Shown here piece by piece: positions 17,292 to 25,272 of a stretch of DNA of 64,000 nt. A program made the position numbers and the translations under genes. The stretch comes from Bacteroidota bacterium (GTDB taxonomy: Bacteria; Bacteroidota; Bacteroidia; Bacteroidales; FEN-979): contig JBAXIO010000006.1 of the NCBI GenBank assembly GCA_037138335.1, positions 81,790-145,789 of the forward strand, read 5' to 3'. The first letter of the stretch is position 1, and each line of letters starts with the position of its first letter. The notes under the pieces are model-generated. The model had not been told where the DNA came from. It was given only the letters and a program-made list of their open reading frames with translations, and ran no database searches.

Positions 17292-20156
17292 ATGAATGCA
17301 TTTCTGGAACAGACTGCTGAGTACCTGGTTTCTGCCTATGGGGATAGGGTGTCAAAACTCTGTATCGTTTTGCCTAACCTCAGGGCTGGTTTGTTCCTTA
17401 GGAAATTCCTTTCGGCCCGCCTGAATAAAACAATCTGGTCCCCGGTTATCTGTTCTGCCGAGGACTTCCTTGCCACAGTGGCCGGTTTGCGGCCTGTTGA
17501 ACCGCTTCAGCTTCTTTTTAAACTGTACAGTATCCATTGCAGTATTGAACAGGAAAAAGCCCAGGCTTTCGAAGATTTCATTCAATGGGCCCCCCAGCTG
17601 CTCAACGATTTTGACGAGGTCGACCGGTACCTGACCGATGCCCGCCAGTTGTTTTCGGCCCTCACCGATACACGTGCCATCTCAGTGTGGAACCCTGAGA
17701 ACAGGCCGCTCACCGATTTCGAAAAACAATACCTGAGGTTCTACAATTCCCTGTATCCTTATTACAGCATGATTGTGGATGACTTGCTGAAAAATAAGCA
17801 AGCCTACCCAGGATTGATGTACAGGATGGCCAGCCTGGGAATTGAGAAATTCAGCGAAAAACTGCCCTGGGAAAAGGTTGTTTTTGTAGGATTTAACTCA
17901 CTGACAGCCGCAGAGGAGAAAGTCATGGAAGTATTGCACCGCCTGGGAAAATCTGAATTCCTTTGGGATGCCGATACATATTACCTTAATGACCAGGGGC
18001 ATGAAGCAGGGGAATTCCTGCGTCATAACCTTAAAAAATGGGGAGGCAGGGAATTCAGATGGATTTCCTCCGGAATTGCCGCCAATCCCAAAACCATCAG
18101 GATCACAGGTGTGCCAAATAATGTTTCACAGGCTGTGCTGGCCGGGGAAATAGTGAAGACAGCCAATACATTTGACGAACGTACCGTCGTAGTGCTCCAC
18201 GATGAAAAACTCCTGATCCCCCTGTTGTATTCCCTGCCCGGCGAAGCCAGGGAGATGAATATCACCATGGGGCTCCCGTTGTCACAGACACCACTTATTG
18301 ATCTCATTTCAGTCGTTTTCAGGATGCAGCTGAACAGGGAGAAATTCGCTTCAAACAGGGGGAAAGGAACAAGGCAATTTTATTTCAGGGATGTGCTTGC
18401 ACTGCTGCGCCATCCATATGTATCCGGCATGGCAACACGACTGATGGAAGGAAACCATTTTGTTTTCGACAGTATCCTGGAATCGGTCAGCCAGGGTAAT
18501 AAAGTGTTTATCTCTTCGGATGAAATCCTGGATCCCGGCACAGGTTTATTTTCATTCAATGCCTCCTTCCTGAAACCCTTCCTGAGTGATTGGCACAGCC
18601 CGGTGGAAGCTGTTCTCGCACTGAAGGAGATCATAGGATCCCTGAGAGATCACCTGATCACCGAAAAGGGTTCCCTGGAACTTGAGTATTTGTTTTCTTT
18701 TTCAAAGATCATCCACCAGCTCGAAGGGCTTTTCAAAGCTTATCCCGAAGCAGTTAAAACAACACAGACATTAGCCGGCCTTTTAAAACAAGCAGCCGAA
18801 AATGTGACGCTCCCTTTTTACGGAGAACCACTTAAAGGCATGCAGGTCATGGGCTTGATGGAAACCCGGGGGCTTGACTTTGACACCATCATCATGCTGT
18901 CATGCAATGAAAACCTTCTTCCCCGCGGGCGCACGGGAAATACGTTTATCCCCCTCGACCTCAAACTCGAATTCAAACTGCCTACCTACAGGCAGAAGGA
19001 TGCAGTTTATGCCTATCATTTTTACAGGCTGCTCCAGAGAGCTAAAACAATTCACCTGCTCTATAATTCCGAACCCGGGGAATTCGGGGGAGGTGAAATG
19101 AGCCGTTTCCTGCAGCAGATACTGAGTGAGCTGAAAAACGCAAACTCATCCGCCGACATAAAAGAAGAGCTCCTTGTAATGACCCCTTCCCCTTCAAACC
19201 TCACGCCCGGGATCAGTATTGAAAAGGATCACACTATAGAGTGCCTGCTGAAGGAAAAGGCCGAAAAAGGGTTCTCGCCCACCGCCCTTAACAATTTCAG
19301 GGCATGCCCGCTGAAATTTTATTTCAGCGACATTGCCGGGTTGAAAGAGCCTGACGAGATGGAGGAAGAGATAGATAACCGTATCCTCGGGAACATCGTG
19401 CACAATGCCTTGCACAGGCTTTATAAAGGGTTTGCCGGTCAGGAACTGGATGTGTCTGCAATAAGCCGGATGAAGTCAGGGGCCGATAAAGCCATTGATG
19501 AAGCCTGCGGAAAAGAATTCAGCGGCAGGGATGTAAACTACGGCCGTAACCTTCTTCTGGTGAGAGTTGGCAAGATGATGCTCAAAAGGTTCCTGGATTC
19601 TGAGATAAAAACCATTCAATCCTTTAAAGAAGAAGGAGAATACATAAGCATAATCGGGCTTGAACAGAGACTTGAACGCAGTATCGACCTGCCTTTGGCC
19701 GGTAAACAGGTAAGCGTAAAGATTAAAGGCTTTGCCGACCGGATAGATGCCGGCCGGAAATTTATCAGGATCATAGATTATAAAACCGGTTCGACCGATA
19801 AAAAAAGAACAAAAGTTGACAGCTGGGCAGGGTTCGCTACAGATCCTTCAAAAGACCATGCTTTCCAGCTGCTTGCATACTGCTGGATGTACTCGCCAAG
19901 GGTGAAAAACGCTGCAGGCATAACAGCAGGTATAATTTCACTCAGGAAACTGAAAGAAGGGCTTATCACCGTGGCAGTCCCCTCTGCAGAAGACGGGGAC
20001 AGCCAGGATAAATTATCAGCAGCCGATCTTGCCGCATTTGAAACCAGCCTGAAACAGGTACTGTTTTCCATTTTTGATAAAGCAACGGGCTTCACGCAAA
20101 CCGCGGATTTGTCGGTCTGTTCATATTGCAGCTATAAAAATATCTGCGGAAGGTAA
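17292..20156 (+). CDS. AddB-like PD-(D/E)XK nuclease subunit with Fe-S cysteine staple
   Basis: The C-terminal nuclease motif is RIIDYKTGS...FQLLAY. Cysteines are arranged as C...CxxCx5C (FRACPLKF upstream, CSYCSYKNIC at the end), as in AddB. The start lies 2 nt after the murU-like stop. Confidence 0.75.
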   Translation: MNAFLEQTAEYLVSAYGDRVSKLCIVLPNLRAGLFLRKFLSARLNKTIWSPVICSAEDFLATVAGLRPVEPLQLLFKLYSIHCSIEQEKAQAFEDFIQWAPQLLNDFDEVDRYLTDARQLFSALTDTRAISVWNPENRPLTDFEKQYLRFYNSLYPYYSMIVDDLLKNKQAYPGLMYRMASLGIEKFSEKLPWEKVVFVGFNSLTAAEEKVMEVLHRLGKSEFLWDADTYYLNDQGHEAGEFLRHNLKKWGGREFRWISSGIAANPKTIRITGVPNNVSQAVLAGEIVKTANTFDERTVVVLHDEKLLIPLLYSLPGEAREMNITMGLPLSQTPLIDLISVVFRMQLNREKFASNRGKGTRQFYFRDVLALLRHPYVSGMATRLMEGNHFVFDSILESVSQGNKVFISSDEILDPGTGLFSFNASFLKPFLSDWHSPVEAVLALKEIIGSLRDHLITEKGSLELEYLFSFSKIIHQLEGLFKAYPEAVKTTQTLAGLLKQAAENVTLPFYGEPLKGMQVMGLMETRGLDFDTIIMLSCNENLLPRGRTGNTFIPLDLKLEFKLPTYRQKDAVYAYHFYRLLQRAKTIHLLYNSEPGEFGGGEMSRFLQQILSELKNANSSADIKEELLVMTPSPSNLTPGISIEKDHTIECLLKEKAEKGFSPTALNNFRACPLKFYFSDIAGLKEPDEMEEEIDNRILGNIVHNALHRLYKGFAGQELDVSAISRMKSGADKAIDEACGKEFSGRDVNYGRNLLLVRVGKMMLKRFLDSEIKTIQSFKEEGEYISIIGLEQRLERSIDLPLAGKQVSVKIKGFADRIDAGRKFIRIIDYKTGSTDKKRTKVDSWAGFATDPSKDHAFQLLAYCWMYSPRVKNAAGITAGIISLRKLKEGLITVAVPSAEDGDSQDKLSAADLAAFETSLKQVLFSIFDKATGFTQTADLSVCSYCSYKNICGR

Positions 20157-20161
20157 AGTCA

Positions 20162-20236
20162 AGTGAGTGAGCCCATCCCTTTCACGCTCATCACGCCATC
20201 ACGATCGTAACGCCATCACACTCATCACACCATCAC
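20162..20236. repeat. Array of TCAC-containing (CATCAC) heptamer-like repeats filling the addB-like/Memo convergent spacer
   Basis: The sequence is AAGTGAGTGAG...TTCACGCTCATCACGCCATCACGATCGTAACGCCATCACACTCATCACACCATCAC, with six TCAC cores. The last core overlaps the minus-strand stop codon. Confidence 0.6.
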
Positions 20237-21735
20237 TCCCCGAACACGCAGGCCTCATAAGTAAAGAGCTCGGCGTCTTTCCATCCGTCCCAACCTAAAC
20301 CTGCCTTGTCGCGGGAGCAGTGGCCCAGGAATTCCTCCCTGCTCCAACCAGTCTCGGTGGCTACCTGGGGAAGGAAGGTCCCTGAATAATACCCTTTTTT
20401 GATGTAAATGCCGTGTTTCCCAAGTACGATCTCATCGGCTGAAAATATTTTTTTCATTGGCGAAAGCACCGAGATCTCAATTTCAAGCTTGTCTGTTTCT
20501 TTGGCGGTGACAGGTGGGAACCTGGTGTCTTCGGTGGAGGATGCGACAGCCATTTGCTGTACTACCTTCCACAGCGGGACGTCGGCTGTAAAGCGGCCTA
20601 TGCAGCCTCTCAGTTCCCCATGTTCTTTAAGGGTAACAAAAGCCCCGGAATGGATTTTCAGGTTTGGGCTGAAGTTTTTGTCATCCACTTCGGGCGTTTT
20701 ATGCTCATTGATATACATTACTATTGTGCTGCGGGCAATTCCAAGGAGTATTTTCTTCTCTTCCTTAGTGAAATTGAATTCAGTTGAAGGTGTTGCTGCA
20801 GCAACTGTATTCCTGCTCACGGCAATGGACCAGTACCCGACGCATTGGGAGTGGTCCCCGTACTTTGAATCACCCGAATTCATATACTGAATGGGGATAA
20901 TCTTAATTGCGGGATCCCCGGCTGTCATGTATAAAAGCGTAAGTACCGATGTCCAGCCGCAGAGGTTTGTTGCCAGGTTTGGAATGTTTTTCTTCTCATA
21001 ATCCCCAAGGACCTTCATCAGGTCATCGGGATTGTTTGTAAGGATGGCATCGCAGGTGGCTTTATCGGTGGATTTGGCCTCGTTATAAGGAGGATAATGA
21101 GAGAAATCGGAACTCACGATAAAAAGGTTGTTCCCGTTAAAATATGGTTTCAGGGCCTGGGCGATCCTCTTGCAGGTTTGCTCGCTCTGGCTTCCTAACA
21201 GGATGGGGACTATCTTAAAAGGTTTTTTCATGTGGTATTGCAGGAAAGGAACCTGCACCTCAAGGCTGTGTTCATTAAGGTCGGCATTGTAAACATAGCT
21301 GAACACGGGGTTGGATTTGATGAGTTCATTGGCCAGCCGGATGTTCACTGCGACTTTGCCCAGAGGGGTTACATAGTCCCCTTTACTGTAAATGGAAGCA
21401 CCCATGTAGGATGCCTGGTGGCTCGACCCGATGATGAAAATGTTGTCGTACGTTTTGTCGGGATCCACCTGGTTGATCCCGCTGGCGGCCACAGTCCCTG
21501 AGAATACGTATCCGGCATGGGGACAGATCACTGCCTGCAGGTTTTGGGTAGTGCGTGGTTTGGCTGAACGGAACAATTCGGCGAGCTGGGCCCTCAGGGT
21601 ATCGGGGTTTGCAGGATAGAACTTCCCGGCAGCTGCCGGTTTGCGGTCGGTTTTAGGCCCCTCCTGGGAGGAACAACCGTTACTGAATGTGAATGAAAGT
21701 CCCATAATCAATACAAATCGGAAAAATTTGCCCAT
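20233..21735 (-). CDS. AmmeMemoRadiSam system fusion protein: Memo-like (protein B) + AMMECR1 (protein A), with lipoprotein-type signal
   Basis: Memo motifs are CPHAGYVFSG, EHSLEVQVPFLQY and VSSDFSHYPPY. The AMMECR1 motif is LRGCIGRF...FLPQV. The N-terminus MGKFFRFVLIMGLSFTFSNGCSS looks like a signal peptide plus lipobox Cys. Confidence 0.85.
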   Translation of the reverse strand: MGKFFRFVLIMGLSFTFSNGCSSQEGPKTDRKPAAAGKFYPANPDTLRAQLAELFRSAKPRTTQNLQAVICPHAGYVFSGTVAASGINQVDPDKTYDNIFIIGSSHQASYMGASIYSKGDYVTPLGKVAVNIRLANELIKSNPVFSYVYNADLNEHSLEVQVPFLQYHMKKPFKIVPILLGSQSEQTCKRIAQALKPYFNGNNLFIVSSDFSHYPPYNEAKSTDKATCDAILTNNPDDLMKVLGDYEKKNIPNLATNLCGWTSVLTLLYMTAGDPAIKIIPIQYMNSGDSKYGDHSQCVGYWSIAVSRNTVAAATPSTEFNFTKEEKKILLGIARSTIVMYINEHKTPEVDDKNFSPNLKIHSGAFVTLKEHGELRGCIGRFTADVPLWKVVQQMAVASSTEDTRFPPVTAKETDKLEIEISVLSPMKKIFSADEIVLGKHGIYIKKGYYSGTFLPQVATETGWSREEFLGHCSRDKAGLGWDGWKDAELFTYEACVFGE

Positions 21736-21742
21736 TGTTTAT

Positions 21743-21750
21743 TAACTTTG
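21743..21750 (+). promoter_or_regulatory. -7 box TAACTTTG for the membrane-SpeE-like/radical SAM operon
   Basis: Perfect TAnnTTTG, 28 nt before ATG 21778. Confidence 0.5.
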
Positions 21751-21770
21751 AAAAAATCAAGGTAAAGGTA

Positions 21771-21778
21771 CAAAAATA
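21771..21778 (-). promoter_or_regulatory. -7 box TATTTTTG (minus strand) for the Memo-AMMECR1 gene
   Basis: CAAAAATA on the plus strand is a perfect TAnnTTTG on the minus strand, 36 nt upstream of ATG 21735. It abuts the start codon of the divergent gene. Confidence 0.45.
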
Positions 21779-23898
21779 TGGGTAAAAATGCAATACGGGC
21801 CGGGCTGTTCGGGCTGGGTTTTATCTCTATTTCCACCCAGATTTACATGCTTCGCGAAAGTTATATCGTGTTTTACGGGAATGAACTGATCCTGGGCATC
21901 ATGCTTTCGGCTTGGATGCTGCTTACAGGCGCAGGTGCCTGGCTGGGCAGGTATTTCAAAAGGGTAAGCGGGCCATCGGGTTTCGTTCTTTTTTTAATGC
22001 TGCTGCTTTCTGTGCTTCCGGTTCTGATGCTGGTCAAGCTAAACCTGTACCGAGCCCTGGTCCTGCCGACCGGCGCACTTGCCGGCATCAGCGATGTGGT
22101 GTATGCCGCATTTCTTGTACAGCTGCCATTTTGCCTTGTCAACGGTTTCCTTTTTTCGGCCCTGAGCAATATGCTTGGCAAGGCAGGAACCGCCTATTCG
22201 ATAGAGGCTGCAGGAAGCCTGGCCGCTGGTGCTTTGGTGAATTTTATACTTCTCTGGCTTTTCTCATCCTGGCTCAGCATACTGTTGCTTACCGGGCTCT
22301 ATCTCATTACCGTGGTATTGTTCTCCTTCCACTGCAGGAGGAAAGTTATGCCATGGCTCACTTTCCTTATCTCTGCTGTTCTTCTTATCCTGTTTGCAAA
22401 AACAGATCTCAGGGAGATTTCAATGAAATCAATGTATCTCGCGCAGGTTGTCATCGAGGAAAAAGAAACTCCCTATAGCCAGATTATAGTTACCACCCAT
22501 GAAGGCCAGCTTAATTTTTATGAAAACGGACTGATGATGTTTTCTTCGGGCGACGTGATCAACAACGAGGAAAACGTCCATTATGCAATGGTTCAGTCTG
22601 ATTCTCCGAAGAGAGTGTTGCTGGTTTCAGGCGGACTGTCAGGATCTCTAAACGAGATCCTGAAATATCATCCGCACACGGTTGATTATTTAGAGTTGAA
22701 CCCCGCCCTGCTAAATCTGAATGTACAATCCCTGAGAGATTTTGAAAAGAAAGGTGTTACCCTGCATCCTGGCGATGCCAGGAGGTTCCTGAAAAACTCA
22801 TCCGCAGTATATGATGTCGTTTTAATTTTGCTGCCTCCTCCATCCAGTCTTCAGCTCAACAGGATGTATACCTCTGAATTCCTGTCGGAATTGAAAGTAC
22901 GGCTTTCGCCGGATGGCATAGTGTCTTATTCGCTTCCCACCACCAGCGATTATGTAAGCAGGGCAGGGGAAGGGCTTAATTCACTGCTCTATTCGACCCT
23001 TAAGAAATCGTTCAGGAATGTTATGATCGTTCCCGGGGGAAAAACCTATTTCATTGCTTCCGATGCAGATTTAAACCCTGACATTCCCTTAATGATTGAG
23101 CGCAAAGGGATCATCACATCCTATGTGAACAAATATTACCTGGATGCAAACCAGATGAAAGAAAGGGCAGCTTACATCCAATCCAATATTTCCGGTTCGG
23201 CAGGGATAAATTATGATTTCAGGCCCCTCATGTTTTTTGCCCAGCTGAATTACTGGATGACCTATTTCAACAGGCATTACTTCAGTTCGGTACTGTTACT
23301 CCTGCTGATCGTAGTTCTTGTGGCATTGAACCTGAACCCGCTGAATGCAGGTTTGTTTACGGGGGGTTTTACAGCGGCAGCCTTCCAGGTACTCATCATT
23401 TTCTCATTACAGATCTATTGCGGTTATGTTTTCCGTCTCACAGGTTTCATCATTATGCTTTTCATGCTCGGGCTGGCCCTGGGCAGCAAGGCCGGCATGC
23501 CGTTCATCAAACGTAAGCCATTTAATACATACCTGTCAATTCAGCTAATGCTGGCTGCTCTTTCGGTACTCATCCCCCTTGCTCTTATACTCCTGGGCAG
23601 GATGGGCCTCCCCTTATGGATGATACAGCTTAAGGCAGCAGGTATCACCCTGGCTTTATCCGTTCTTGTTGGGATGGAATACACACTTGCAACCCGCTTA
23701 TCGGCCTGCAGCATGGGAATGGCCGTTGCGAAAAATTATTCTGCCGATCTTTTCGGTGCTTCCCTGGGTGCTTTCCTGGTTCCTGTTTTCATGTTTCCCA
23801 TACTTGGCCTCATGAATACCGGTTATGCCCTGGCATTGATTAATACCGCAGGGGCAGCCGTTTTTTTTATAAAGCGTAAAAATTTCGTATCTTTATAA
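21778..23898 (+). CDS. Polytopic membrane protein with embedded spermidine synthase-like (class I methyltransferase fold) domain (fused MFS/spermidine synthase type)
   Basis: About 7 N-terminal and 6 C-terminal hydrophobic helices flank YSQIIVT...KRVLLVSGGLSGS...VDYLELNP...YDVVLILLPPPSS...SPDGIV, a SpeE-like order of motifs. GGGDGG and the acidic DxxDP are not conserved. Confidence 0.7.
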   Translation: MGKNAIRAGLFGLGFISISTQIYMLRESYIVFYGNELILGIMLSAWMLLTGAGAWLGRYFKRVSGPSGFVLFLMLLLSVLPVLMLVKLNLYRALVLPTGALAGISDVVYAAFLVQLPFCLVNGFLFSALSNMLGKAGTAYSIEAAGSLAAGALVNFILLWLFSSWLSILLLTGLYLITVVLFSFHCRRKVMPWLTFLISAVLLILFAKTDLREISMKSMYLAQVVIEEKETPYSQIIVTTHEGQLNFYENGLMMFSSGDVINNEENVHYAMVQSDSPKRVLLVSGGLSGSLNEILKYHPHTVDYLELNPALLNLNVQSLRDFEKKGVTLHPGDARRFLKNSSAVYDVVLILLPPPSSLQLNRMYTSEFLSELKVRLSPDGIVSYSLPTTSDYVSRAGEGLNSLLYSTLKKSFRNVMIVPGGKTYFIASDADLNPDIPLMIERKGIITSYVNKYYLDANQMKERAAYIQSNISGSAGINYDFRPLMFFAQLNYWMTYFNRHYFSSVLLLLLIVVLVALNLNPLNAGLFTGGFTAAAFQVLIIFSLQIYCGYVFRLTGFIIMLFMLGLALGSKAGMPFIKRKPFNTYLSIQLMLAALSVLIPLALILLGRMGLPLWMIQLKAAGITLALSVLVGMEYTLATRLSACSMGMAVAKNYSADLFGASLGAFLVPVFMFPILGLMNTGYALALINTAGAAVFFIKRKNFVSL

Positions 23899-23899
23899 A

Positions 23900-25072
23900 G
23901 TGAAATCCGAGAGTGGAAAGCGAATCAGCAAGCGGCAGTTCCTACGCTTGGGCCTTGCCTCGCTGGGTGTTGCGGCAGCCGGCATAAGGCCTTTTCATAG
24001 TTTTGCAAATAAAATATCCGATATGAACTCAATTGTGCCTCCTCCTGCGGGGGGACCGGGGAAATACAGCAGGGAATCGCTGTATTATGTGCTTACACCC
24101 AAGGGTGTCAAATGCCAGCTTTGTCCTAATCAATGTGTTCTTAAAGACGGGCAGGAGGGGCTCTGCCGTAACCATGTTGCCTATGGTGAAAAGCTGTTCT
24201 CGATTGCTTTTGGCAACCCGTGCAGTGTGCACGTTGACCCGATAGAGAAAAAGCCCCTGTTCCACTACCTGCCTTCTTCGGAAAGCTTTTCCATTGCAAC
24301 TGCAGGATGCACGCTGGCCTGCCTGAACTGCCAGAACTGGGAGATCTCCCAGGTAAGCCCGAAAACCACGAAAAACGTTGAGATGTTCCCTGCCCAGGTT
24401 GTTCAGGAAGCCGTAAGCGGAGGATGCAAAACCATTGCCTATACATACTCGGAACCTCTTTCTTTCTACGAATACACCTATGAAACTTCCAGGCTTGCAA
24501 GGGCCCGGGGGATCAAAAACCTTCTCATAAGCAACGGGTATATCAACGAGAAGCCCATCCGGGAGCTGGCTAAATACCTGGATGCTGCCAACATCAACCT
24601 GAAATCGTTCAGGGAGGATATCTATGCAAAACTCAACGGGGGAAGCCTTGAACCAATCCTGAGAACCCTTAAAATACTTAAAGAGGAAGGGGTATGGCTT
24701 GAAATAACGAATCTCATTGTCCCCGGCTGGACCGATAAAATGGACATGGTAAAAGAGATGTGTGATTGGCTGGTTGAAAACGGGTTTTCAGACTACCCTT
24801 TGCATTTCAGCAGGTTTTTCCCGCTTTACAAGCTTGCCAGCATACCGTACACCCCCTTGTCAACCCTTGAACAGGCTTATAATATTGCCCGCAAGGCGGG
24901 GATCAATTATGTTTACATCGGAAATGTTCCCGGCACTGAATACGAGAACACATACTGCCCGAAATGCAAAAAAATGCTTGTTGAACGCAGGGGGTTTACC
25001 GTGACTTCAAACAATATTAAAAACGGTAACTGCGGATTTTGTGGTGCCAGGATCAATGGTGTATGGACATGA
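23900..25072 (+). CDS. AmmeMemoRadiSam system radical SAM enzyme with Tat-like N-terminal leader
   Basis: The CxxxCxxC motif is AGCTLACLNCQNW. There are an N-terminal CQLCPNQC...C cluster and a C-terminal CPKC...CGFC ribbon. GTG 23900 lies 1 nt after the upstream stop and gives SKRQFLRLGLASLGVAAAG...SFA. An alternative ATG at 24023 would remove the leader. Confidence 0.85.
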   Translation: MKSESGKRISKRQFLRLGLASLGVAAAGIRPFHSFANKISDMNSIVPPPAGGPGKYSRESLYYVLTPKGVKCQLCPNQCVLKDGQEGLCRNHVAYGEKLFSIAFGNPCSVHVDPIEKKPLFHYLPSSESFSIATAGCTLACLNCQNWEISQVSPKTTKNVEMFPAQVVQEAVSGGCKTIAYTYSEPLSFYEYTYETSRLARARGIKNLLISNGYINEKPIRELAKYLDAANINLKSFREDIYAKLNGGSLEPILRTLKILKEEGVWLEITNLIVPGWTDKMDMVKEMCDWLVENGFSDYPLHFSRFFPLYKLASIPYTPLSTLEQAYNIARKAGINYVYIGNVPGTEYENTYCPKCKKMLVERRGFTVTSNNIKNGNCGFCGARINGVWT

Positions 25073-25134
25073 TGCAGCCGGTATGGGGCTGAGGCTGTTT
25101 CTGCTGAACCTTGAAAATATGTTCCCGTGTCATC

Positions 25135-25272
25135 TGTGGTGCACGTCTGTAACCAGGTCGGGGTATACAGGAAGGTGATTTGTGGTGCCCGTCTGTAACC
25201 AGGTCGGGGTATACGGGAAGGTCATTTGTGGTGCCCGTCTGTAACCAGGTCGAGGTATACAGGAAGGTGATC
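25135..25272. repeat. 3 x 46-bp head-to-tail tandem repeat
   Basis: Units are 25135-25180, 25181-25226 and 25227-25272 (TGTGGTGC[A/C]CGTCTGTAACCAGGTCG[G/A]GGTATAC[A/G]GGAAGGT[G/C]AT[T/C]), with 3-4 mismatches between units. Unit 3 encodes the last codons of the EEP gene on the minus strand. Confidence 0.9.

Noticed and set aside
25135-25272. Possible CRISPR array or iteron-type origin
   Set aside because: There are only three contiguous units with no spacers, no cas genes and no AT-rich unwinding region. One unit is coding sequence of the EEP gene. It is kept only as a tandem repeat.
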